DNA of 62,578 bases, counting the filler, from Hausera hauseri (Eukaryota), in NCBI GenBank assembly GCA_046269625.1. It is 11 parts of 11 records of this genome, joined end to end, with 100 filler letters (N's around TTAATTAATTAA, not from the genome) between each part and the next. Parts side by side here need not be neighbours in the genome. Positions count along the whole stretch, not along the records: positions 1 to 7,256 come from JBJURY010027116.1; positions 7,357 to 11,321 come from JBJURY010852744.1; 9 more parts are not named here. One strand, written 5' to 3'. The translations under genes and the position numbers were made by a program. How positions within the stretch are numbered: the first letter of the stretch is position 1; the number at the start of each line of letters is the position of its first letter. The notes under the pieces were generated by a model. The model was not told the origin of the DNA and did not search any database. It worked only from the letters and a program-made list of their open reading frames with translations. Of the stretch, positions 1-8,805 are shown piece by piece.

Positions 1-419
1 ATGCCTGATGCCCAAGAGTGCATCTGGTGAAAATGCTGTCTCATCAGCCCATAGAAAACATTCTGACTCAACAGTGTGATTTGGCTATTTAATTTAAATC
101 ATCAGATAATGTTAACTGTGTCCTTAGTCATGCCTCACACACTTAATAGCATAATTATTCAAGTTGCAGTGGATTTATTGAATCAAGGGCCTCAAATAGC
201 ATTCACATGCAATAAGCACATGCTATTTCTAAACTCTTGTTATAGAATTCTTTATAAATGAGCAGTTGTAATTTTTTTTGTTTAATTTTAGAATCCCAAA
301 TAATTTCAAAGTTCAGTTTGTCCAGTTGAATACAATGTATCATGATTTCCATTTGCAAATATGTCTGTCACCTAACCTAGTTAGCTGGGTTAGGTGATGT
401 TTATTTTTCCTTTATTATT

Positions 420-1452
420 CCAGTATACGCTGGTTGGGTTTCAGGCAGGGATTTTTGTATAGTGCAGATTATTAATCTTTTAATACCCAATGAAAATTCT
501 GTAATGCTGGAGTAAGGGCTTCCTTATATAATTCCTGTATAAAATTCAACAGTTCTCTGCCTTAGAATCTGTACAAACTTCTCCACCTATAGTACAGGGA
601 GTAAACAATTGTTAATTATATATTGCATATTTGTATGCATTAGCCTGGTACAAAGTATATTGCATATTTAGTTGTTAAAAATTATTCTTATGAATAAATA
701 GAATGGATATTTGAATCTGAGTGATGCTTTATGTTTCTTTTTGAGTTAGTGGTGGCAGGCCCCGGCCTAACCTGACACGCCTAGTTCTTCATGTCAAATA
801 TGTGTTATGATGGTTACTCTATTTTGGGTACAATATAGCATATATTCAGTTTACATATGTTTTAGCAGTAAACATAAAAAAGAAAGATATGTTACTTTTG
901 CAAGATCAGGCCTTCTTAGCTCAGTATATGATGGTTGGGTTTCAGACAGGAGAATCCTATCTTATGTACATTTGACATATTTACAAATAATTTACAGTAT
1001 CGCATTACATTAGTGAAATATGGATTTGTACCTAATATTAGCCAAAAAAGATATCCATGCTTTAAATAGATGCAGAATGGCAGCTTATGTAATTTTATTT
1101 ACAATTACATCTAATATATTGATTGCACTGCATGCAAATTGACTGTACCATTACAGGATATTCAAAAGACTAATAACACTGTACTGTAATAGGCCTAACA
1201 ATTTCCTTGTCTGGAACCCCACCACCTATACATTTTCTGCATTTATGATGTGGAAATATCTGTCATTCTCTAGGTCCACTGGTACATTATAGCAACAGAT
1301 ACATTTATAGCAATAAATCTTTATTTCATCTATGCCATTTACTCATTTTATTTAAGCAAGGCTTTATTCCACATTATAGCACCTTCATTGGCTATTAAAA
1401 GACTAATAATGCTGCTGAAATATTTCCCTGTCTGAAACCAAGCCACAATATA
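420..1452. repeat. Four dispersed copies of a ~30-bp motif (consensus approx. CAGTATANGNTGGTTGGGTTTCAGACAGG), two on + and two on -
   Basis: + copies at ~420-451 and ~922-951; reverse-complement copies at ~1201-1232 and ~1421-1452. Confidence 0.55.
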
Positions 1453-1787
1453 ATGGGCTAATAATGGCCAGACTGTGCAAAACTAACATTACATTTATTC
1501 ACTGACAGTTTGTATCGGAGGTGGTTTAACTAATAGATACACTAACCAAACACACTAAGTAGACAGTAGGTTACCTTTTGAATGGGAAACAACAGTCTTT
1601 AAAAAATAAATGTCTTAAGTGTAGGGTATATAATTTTAAGGTATGACCACATTTACAATGATAATATGGCAAAAAAAGTATAACACCAAATACATACTCT
1701 TTGAAATTGGTTATAAACAATAATAACATATTGACTGTAAGAATAATAATTTGACTGAAAGGAAATATAGCTGATCAGTATATTTAT

Positions 1788-3503
1788 CATCATCATCGGT
1801 CTTTCTGCTATCTAGCAGGTCTTCATGAAATATTTTTCCATGTCTCTCTGTCCTGTGCTGCTTTTTTTGTATCATTGTATCCTCTTCCAATCATTATATC
1901 ATCCATCAATTTGTGTCTTCTTCTTCCTCTCACTCTTCTCCCTTCCACCATCCCCTCCATAGCCGTCTTCAATACGCATTCCCTTCTCATTGTATGTCCC
2001 AGCCAATTTCTTTTTCTCTTCCTTATAACATTTACTATCTGTCTCTGTTCTCCCGCTCTTGCCAAAACTGCCTCATTTGTCATTCTATCCACCCAACGCA
2101 CCCCTTCCATCTGCCTCCACAACCACATTTCCATTGCTTCCAGTCTCTTTATATCTTTTTTCCTTACTGTCCAAGTTTCCGCTCCATAAAGCAATATACT
2201 CCAGATGTAACATTTCACTAATTTCTTTCTTAGCTCTTTTTCCAGTGGCCCACACAACAATCTCCTCTTTTTGTTAAAACCCTCCTTTGCCATAGCTATT
2301 CTTGTTCTCACTTCTGTTGTGCATCTCATATCTTTAGTGATCCAACTTCCCAGGTATTTGTACTTCCCTACCTGTTCTATTTCTTCACCTTTTAATATTA
2401 TTTGTATCTTCTCTTCTTCACCTCCTATAACCATACTTTTTGTCTTTTTAATGTTTATTCTCATGCCATATTTTTCGCATGAGTTGTCGAGGTCCCTCAT
2501 CATTCTTTTTAAGTCCTCTTCCTCTTCCGCCAACACTGCCATATCATCCGCAAATCTTATACACTCCACCCTTCTTCCACCTACTTTAACTCCTCTCCCT
2601 CCATCAAAACATTCCCCAATTATTTCTTCTAAATATATGTTAAACAGCGTTGGGGACAGACAACATCCCTGTCTAACACCTCTTCCTAAGCCAATTTCCT
2701 CTGAAAACTCCTCTTTAATTTTCACTTTAGCCTTCTGACTATAATATAGTTCTTTTATCAGTCTTCTTTCCTTCCATTCTACCCCATATCTCCTCAAAAT
2801 TTTCATCAGGCTAGTCCATTCTACTCTGTCGAAGGCTTTCTCTAGGTCAACATACACTACATACACCTTCCTGCCTTTTTCTATGTACCTCTCTCCAATC
2901 GTCCTTAATAAGCCTATAGCGTCTCTTGTTCCCATCCCCTTCCTAAAACCATATTGTTCTTCTTTTATGTTTTCATTCAATCTTCCATACAATCTTCTAT
3001 TTATAGTTCTTAGAAGTATTTTGGCCGTGTGTGATATTAAGCTGATTGTCCTGTATTCTTCGCATTTTCTGGCTTTATTCTTTTTTGGGATTGGTATCAT
3101 TATGGTTTCTGTAAAATCTTTAGGCCATTTTCCTGTTTCATATAAATAATTACATAGATTCAAAACTAATTTTCTTCCCTCTCCTTTCATCACTTTCAGT
3201 ATTTCTGCCGGTATTTCATCTCCTCCTGTTGCTTTATTATTTTTCATCTCACCTATTGATATCTCTATTTCTCTCTCCAGTATTTCGAAACCCTTATGAT
3301 CATTTAACACATTTCCTTCCTCTTCCACCTCCATTTCTTCCTCTTTAGGTCTATTGTTCCACTTGTATAAGTTCTCTATGTATTCTTTCCATTTGTTAAG
3401 CACTTCTTTAGTTTCATAGATGATTTCCCCTTCTTCCGTTTCTAGAGTTATTTCGCTTGTTTTATTTTCATTAAATATGAAAATAGTACATTAAATATTC
3501 ATT
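1788..3503 (-). mobile_element. 5'-truncated RTE-clade non-LTR retrotransposon with target-site duplication
   Basis: RT ORF; short 3' UTR with a CTGCTA..TAGCAG stem followed by a (GAT)n tail at ~1786-1797; 11-bp direct repeat AGTATATTTAT at 1777-1787 and 3504-3514. Confidence 0.9.
1823..3403 (-). CDS. RTE-type reverse transcriptase (AP endonuclease domain lost by 5' truncation; open frame continues to ~3485)
   Basis: Motifs YRTISLISH, QYGFRKG, YVDLEKAFD, GVRQGCCLSP, RFADD, YKYLG, LLYGAETW; no disruptions. Confidence 0.93.
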   Translation of the reverse strand: MLNKWKEYIENLYKWNNRPKEEEMEVEEEGNVLNDHKGFEILEREIEISIGEMKNNKATGGDEIPAEILKVMKGEGRKLVLNLCNYLYETGKWPKDFTETIMIPIPKKNKARKCEEYRTISLISHTAKILLRTINRRLYGRLNENIKEEQYGFRKGMGTRDAIGLLRTIGERYIEKGRKVYVVYVDLEKAFDRVEWTSLMKILRRYGVEWKERRLIKELYYSQKAKVKIKEEFSEEIGLGRGVRQGCCLSPTLFNIYLEEIIGECFDGGRGVKVGGRRVECIRFADDMAVLAEEEEDLKRMMRDLDNSCEKYGMRINIKKTKSMVIGGEEEKIQIILKGEEIEQVGKYKYLGSWITKDMRCTTEVRTRIAMAKEGFNKKRRLLCGPLEKELRKKLVKCYIWSILLYGAETWTVRKKDIKRLEAMEMWLWRQMEGVRWVDRMTNEAVLARAGEQRQIVNVIRKRKRNWLGHTMRRECVLKTAMEGMVEGRRVRGRRRHKLMDDIMIGRGYNDTKKAAQDRETWKNIS

Positions 3504-3597
3504 AGTATATTTATAATGCTCTTAAATATAAGGCTGTTAAAAGTATTTATAAATCTGGGTCACTCACTCACGACTGACATAAATTCTAACCCATAAG

Positions 3598-4137
3598 GAG
3601 GCCTTGGAGCGAAAAAACCCAAGGGACAAAAGTTGTAGTCCTCATCTCCAAACCCCCGGAAAAAATCCAAAATTTCCATAATTCCCCACCAGGGGCGAAT
3701 TAGGGGGGGCGTAATTCTGAGCTATTTATCTGTGCATCAGAGCAGGCCTGCTCAAATACAATAGGGGCCCATACATAGTAACCCCGAAAACCCCCAAGGG
3801 GGCTTGGGAGGCGCCCGACTGAAATACAGGGTGCTCCCTAGAACTCTAATCTACAACGAGGCCTCTGAGCGAAAAAACCCAAGGGAAGAATGTTGTAGCC
3901 CCGGTTCCCAAATCCCCGGGTAAAATCCGAAACTTTCATATTTCTCCCCTGGGGGGAATTTACGGGCGGCGGCTTTTTTTGAACTTTTTAACCGTAGCTT
4001 GTAGCGAAAAATGTCAAGAGGCTCTTTTTGTAGGTGACCTTAAACACAATAGTGATCCGTACTGTTCCCCATACCCCCAGAAAAAATCTGAAACTTCTCG
4101 ATTCCCCCCCCCCCTGCAAGGGAAATTACGGGGGCAT
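3598..4137 (+). repeat. Degenerate subterminal direct repeats (~260-bp period, two clear copies and one partial)
   Basis: GAGGCC...GAGCGAAAAAACCCAAGGGA...GTTGTAG...AAAATCC...TCCCC at 3598 and 3858; partial copy at ~4003-4137. Confidence 0.7.
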
Positions 4138-4584
4138 ATTTGCATCTAACTGGACTATTTGAAATTATGCGGGATTCGAAAATTAAACAATTTATAACTG
4201 CTCTAAAGAATTCTATGGCTGATAATGGGTATGTAGCTGAAAACGAACAAGTATGTTTGGAAAGTATCCGAGAAGACTTTCCCACTTCATCATACATACT
4301 TGATGATGTGTTAGGTCACCCAGGTCAATCACTTTGAATTTTATGAAGTTGAAACATGTTAAACATGTTTGCCGTATGTTACTTATGTTACTACTATGTT
4401 TATGATTTGTTACTTTCATTTTTTTTTGTTTGTTTTTATTTTCAGATTTTCCTGTTCAGCAAGTTATAGAAAGGAAAAATATATAAAAATACATAAATAA
4501 CAAAATTGTTAAACTAAATTAAAATCTAATCCAAAAACTAAAGTAAAACTAATAACTAAATTAACCAATTTTATTTGTTAGGCG

Positions 4585-5475
4585 ATGGCATACCTAAGTA
4601 TGAATGTGTGGGACCTGAGGAAACAGTGTCTCAAACAAGGATTGCCGATATTGGGGGGCAAGGATGTGCTCTTAACTACGTTAAGGGTTGCCGATGCCCT
4701 GAATATCAGGAAGTTGAGAGAGGAGCATTCTTCGTACAAGAAGGCATTGCAGTTATTGTCTGAGGACAATAAATCACTGAAAGCCCGCTTGGACAAAGCA
4801 ATGGCGGCGGAATCTTCGACCGTTAATCCCGGTCCCGGGGTTGCGGCCGAAATACCGACGCTCACTGCATCGGAACCCTCCGACAATAATGGGGAATCTC
4901 TTGATTCTGACGAGGGTTTTACTCTCGTTCAGAAATCAAGCCGTAGGCGGCGAAACCGCTGTAAGGTCAAGCGCCAAGTTCTTATCTTGGCTGATAGTCA
5001 TGGTAGACACTTGGCGCCCCTGATTCAGAAAGAATTAGGTTCGGGCTACCAGGTACAAGGTGTGGTAAAGCCAGGAGGCCCACTACCTTACGTCATGAGT
5101 GAGGTGGAGGACTTCACGGCGTCTTTCGACAAGAAAGACCACGTCCTTGTAATTGGTGGAACGAACCAATTAGAGAAGCTGCCTGCGCAACTTCCTCAGG
5201 TGTTTCAAACATTGAGAAATGTTCGTAACACGAAGGTCACCTTAACGGATGTCCTCTCGAGGTACGACACTTCTCAATTTGAAAAGCTGAGGAAGGATGT
5301 AAACGGTAGGATTAGGAAAGAAGTTAGGACAATATCACATTGTTCTATCGTCGATCCGAATTCTATCCTTACCCGAAACCACTACACTAGGCACGGCCTC
5401 CATTTAAATGCCTACGGGAAGGCAGTAATAAGTAAATATTTTGCTAAGGCTATTCTGCAAAAGGATAGGCCATAA
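4585..5475 (+). CDS. SAP-like domain + coiled coil + SGNH/GDSL-type esterase (LINE ORF1-like esterase)
   Basis: N-terminal YLSMNVWDLRKQCLKQGLPILGGKDVLLTTL fits the SAP pattern; SGNH blocks ILADSHG, PGG, GGTN, RHGLHLNAYG; intact 296 aa. Confidence 0.8.
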   Translation: MAYLSMNVWDLRKQCLKQGLPILGGKDVLLTTLRVADALNIRKLREEHSSYKKALQLLSEDNKSLKARLDKAMAAESSTVNPGPGVAAEIPTLTASEPSDNNGESLDSDEGFTLVQKSSRRRRNRCKVKRQVLILADSHGRHLAPLIQKELGSGYQVQGVVKPGGPLPYVMSEVEDFTASFDKKDHVLVIGGTNQLEKLPAQLPQVFQTLRNVRNTKVTLTDVLSRYDTSQFEKLRKDVNGRIRKEVRTISHCSIVDPNSILTRNHYTRHGLHLNAYGKAVISKYFAKAILQKDRP

Positions 5476-5530
5476 ATTAAATTATAAATTAAAAATAAAG
5501 CTTGGAGGAGGCTTGTAATATTAAACAATT

Positions 5531-7255
5531 ATGGACAGAAAAAATAAATTATATCAAAAAATTAAAAATAATAAATCTAATATGGCGTCTAGGTCTGTAG
5601 ATAGTACACCGCGTATGCCATTCCATTGTATAAGCTCTGGAAGCATTTCTCAAGATAATGCTAAGTTCGGTTGGTCCAGAAATGTTCAGTGCGTTTGCAT
5701 TTCTGTCACAACCTGTGCTTACGTACAGAATGTTTCCAGAGATTTATCATCCCGCATTATTGATAGGCTAATAGAGCAGGGAAACACATACTACAGAAAG
5801 ACGAAAGATATTCTAGGTCCGGCACATAATAATTTATATTTAAACACATCAGAAGTAGCTCAGGTCCTTAATTTAGAAGACAGGGTGCTCAGCATTGAAA
5901 CTTCATGGGTCTTTTCAGGTCTTTACCCCGCTTCAAAAAATTACTTAAATACAAGCGTGTGTCATCTTCAACGTTGTTTGTCTGAAGTATTTGACCAAGA
6001 TAGGGATTCTTGTCTGGTGTTTCTAGGGCTTAATTCTGCAGTTTCTTTGTGGCAATCTGGTTCATCATATTTGTTATTTAATTCTCATTCCGTAGATGTA
6101 GACAACAATTATTCAGATGAAGGAGTAGGTCGTTTGTTTCAGTGTCAGGATTTGCTGAGTTTATCCTGTCTTCTATTAAAAAACAGTCCCCTCGATGGAA
6201 TTAATAACAGGGAGTACGAGCTGTCGCGTGTCATTTCACATGTAGTACCCGCGGCACTTCCCAATCTTCAGGAAAGAAACCCCTCGAAGAAACCGAGATT
6301 AGATATAGCTTTAACAGATTCGAAACTTTTGGGGAAGGCCATGGTTGTGGTTGAGGATATACGTTTTTCACTGCCGCGATTAGTTATAAATACAACTACG
6401 AATAAAAACAAATTAGGTAGACCAAAAAAGAAATATCGTGGACGACCGAAGGTTTCTTCCTTAACAAAAGAGGAACAGCATCGTATGGCAGTAAAGAAGT
6501 ATACAGAAAATGTGCCAGAAGTGCACAGGACGGCCGTCAAGAAATACACAGAAAATGTGCCAGAAGTGCACAGAACGGCCGTTACGAAGTACAGTGATGA
6601 GCACCCTGAAATAAATAGAGCAGCCGTTAAGAAGTACAGTGGTGAGCATCCCGAAATAAATAGGAGAGCCGTTAAGAAGTACAATGATGAACATCCTGAA
6701 GTGAATAGAAAGTCTGTCGGTAAATACAAAAAGATACATCCAGGACGCCATCTGGCAACAAATTTGAGAAAAGGAGCCTTGATTGCAGAATATTCAGGAG
6801 ATGAATTGAATTGTGTGATCGCACATAAACTTAAAAATACGTTGATGTCCGAGTCATGTGAAAGATGTTCTCACTGTGGAGCCCGTCTCTTTGACGAGGA
6901 GAAAATCAACAATCTTCAGTGGTGTTGTGGACAGGGCCGATATAACGTTATGGATTTACCGCCACTAGAAAATACATTTTATGAGGACAAGCGTTTCCTG
7001 GCAAACCCGCGAATGTACAATGATATCTTTGCATTTTCCGCACTAGATATACCTGGTGGGTTGCATCACCCAAAGAAGGGTATATCATTTATTAAAATAT
7101 TGGGAAGGACCTACCATTTAGTGCATGACTTGTCATGTAAAGTGCAACAAAATACCGGTCGATTTTATATTGATGACGGAGAAGCACGAAAAGTGATAGC
7201 CGAGAAAAAAAATCTAAATCAAGAAGTCAAAAAATCGATCAGAATCCCAAATTGA
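5531..7255 (+). CDS. Helitron RepHel N-terminal region with herpes-tegument-like (peptidase C76) cysteine protease domain, AT-hook-like motifs and 15-aa repeats; incomplete
   Basis: GSISQ..FGWSRNVQC...GNTYY...YLLFNSHS (C76-like Gln/Cys/His motifs); GRPKK and RGRPK; CSHCGA.LF.EE...CCGQG...MYNDIFAFSAL...IKILGRTYH matches the RepHel N-terminal Zn-binding region. The stop lies 1 bp from the contig edge and may not be the true end. Confidence 0.75.
   Translation: MDRKNKLYQKIKNNKSNMASRSVDSTPRMPFHCISSGSISQDNAKFGWSRNVQCVCISVTTCAYVQNVSRDLSSRIIDRLIEQGNTYYRKTKDILGPAHNNLYLNTSEVAQVLNLEDRVLSIETSWVFSGLYPASKNYLNTSVCHLQRCLSEVFDQDRDSCLVFLGLNSAVSLWQSGSSYLLFNSHSVDVDNNYSDEGVGRLFQCQDLLSLSCLLLKNSPLDGINNREYELSRVISHVVPAALPNLQERNPSKKPRLDIALTDSKLLGKAMVVVEDIRFSLPRLVINTTTNKNKLGRPKKKYRGRPKVSSLTKEEQHRMAVKKYTENVPEVHRTAVKKYTENVPEVHRTAVTKYSDEHPEINRAAVKKYSGEHPEINRRAVKKYNDEHPEVNRKSVGKYKKIHPGRHLATNLRKGALIAEYSGDELNCVIAHKLKNTLMSESCERCSHCGARLFDEEKINNLQWCCGQGRYNVMDLPPLENTFYEDKRFLANPRMYNDIFAFSALDIPGGLHHPKKGISFIKILGRTYHLVHDLSCKVQQNTGRFYIDDGEARKVIAEKKNLNQEVKKSIRIPN
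6480..6735 (+). repeat. Coding 45-bp tandem repeat (~6 units; AVKKY[T/S/N]xxxPE[V/I][H/N]Rx)
   Basis: Visible in both the DNA and the translation of ORF 5531-7255. Confidence 0.9.
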
Positions 7256-7256
7256 C

Positions 7257-7356
7257 NNNNNNNNNNNNNNNNNNNNNNNNNNNNNNNNNNNNNNNNNNNN
7301 TTAATTAATTAANNNNNNNNNNNNNNNNNNNNNNNNNNNNNNNNNNNNNNNNNNNN
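7257..7356. other. Artificial contig linker (44 N + TTAATTAATTAA + 44 N); identical linkers at 11322-11421, 15423-15522, 19939-20038, 26494-26593, 31160-31259, 36190-36289, 44211-44310, 49069-49168, 58022-58121
   Basis: The same 100-bp layout occurs ten times; TTAATTAATTAA places stop codons in all six frames. Confidence 0.98.
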
Positions 7357-8618
7357 GACAAATTGATGATCCTAGACGCCTCGTAAATCTCTTTTTCGTA
7401 TTCCTCAAAGACCCCAGCTGCGGAAACAAAGTGACAGATAATCTAACGACATTCCTTTGCCTCTCGAGCGGCTGTTAATCCTGTGTCTTCTAATGTGAAC
7501 AGCTGGACAGAGCTATACGTTTTCCCCATTTAAATTAGTGTCATATTAAGTAACTGAATTCGTGCTCATGACTCAAGCACTCTAGCGAAGAGTATGAGTT
7601 GTGATGTCAACAAAATTAACACAAGTACGACGCAAAACAAATGAACGCTTGTGTTTCTCAGTTGCAAAAGAAAAATCCATGAAAACTATTTTATATTTAC
7701 AGCCATATATCTCTTCTTTTGTATCTTTTAAAGCATTTTAGTTGTTTGTTTATGTCTCCTTACTATCTCATGTAGTAGGCACCGTCCGTAAATGACGCCA
7801 CGAAATTTTGACGATACCCCCACATTGCATTTCGTCACAAAATCCATTGAATACAAAAATCGGATCTTTATTGACGCTTAATTATTTTTCCTTAAATGCA
7901 GTTCCATATATGATATTCCATATTTGATAAAATTTATAGTATTATGACGTTTTTCAATAATAATTTATATGTTCATTATTTTACGCAATATGAAATTAGG
8001 CGTAAAACATACTTATTGTTGGCATAATTTTTGTTGACTTTAAAACTTCTTTATGATATTATTTAATATTTAACCAGTTTGTTTAAAAGCCAGTAAATGT
8101 CGCTGTTCTGTAAAAATAAAAATGTCCATTCTTATATACAGATAATAGTTTATCGCTTGCTAGGACAAATTTAGAGTATTAAATGTATCACTGTTATCAG
8201 TGTTAACTCTATTACCATGTTAATATTAGATATCACATAAGTGCCAGTTTTAATAATTTGTTTTATGAAAATTAACAGAAACAACTTTGTTTAGTGTGAT
8301 TGAACACACCGAATACAAATAATCACAGGCTGAATAATCAGGTTACTCCATGATCAACATAGCAAAAAACCAGACGACCTTGTCAATTTGTTTAGCTTGG
8401 CATTTGTTTAAATAATTGCAAAATTTGTTTTCTACGATTTTTTCAACAAAATTTGATTATCTATAAAAACCAATTTGATACGAATTCAAAACATAATTAT
8501 TTCAGCATATTTTATTATCAATATAACGAAAAAAAATATTTTGATTCACATTTATGATTCGTAAGTATTGTTGACGAATTTGTCATTAAAACTGGAAGTA
8601 TAATTATAGAGTACTGTA

Positions 8619-8682
8619 ATGGAAGAAAATGATGAAAACAATCATGAAATGAATGTTGAGGAATTGGAGGTAATTGTTAAAG
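8619..8682 (+). CDS. DCAF8: Putative first coding exon of the DCAF8-like gene (MEENDENNHEMNVEELEVIVK)
   Basis: ATG at 8619, strong AG|GTAAGT donor at 8683, TTTTAG acceptor ending at 8805 joins in frame to the long exon. Confidence 0.65.
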
Positions 8683-8805
8683 GTAAGTTTTATTTGCGGG
8701 ATTGTTAGTTGATAACTGGAAATTGTAATTTGATTTTTCTTTGATATTAATGTTAAACTAGAATTCAAATTGTGTTTTGTTTTTAAATAGAATTTTAAAT
8801 TTTAG

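Larger units (their letters stand above)
1775..7256 (+). mobile_element. Helitron, 5' portion (interrupted by the RTE, cut by the contig end)
   Basis: RepHel N-terminal signature in ORF 5531-7255; subterminal repeats at 3598-4137; removing the RTE and one TSD copy restores A|TCAGTATATTTATAA...CACTCACTCAC, a Helitron-like 5' TC terminus. The start coordinate is inferred. Confidence 0.7.

Noticed and set aside
2-79. Frame ending ...SDSTV* (PDZ-ligand-like C-terminus)
   Set aside because: Only 25 codons at the window edge; cannot be assigned
1875-3149. Several + strand ORFs opposite the RTE RT
   Set aside because: Antisense shadows of a purine-rich coding strand with no motifs
7301-7312. Recurrent TTAATTAATTAA motif
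   Set aside because: Always centred in N runs; an artificial all-frame-stop linker
7777-7880. MITE-like terminal motif GGCACCGTCCGTAAATGACGCCACG
   Set aside because: No convincing partner TIR or TSD found
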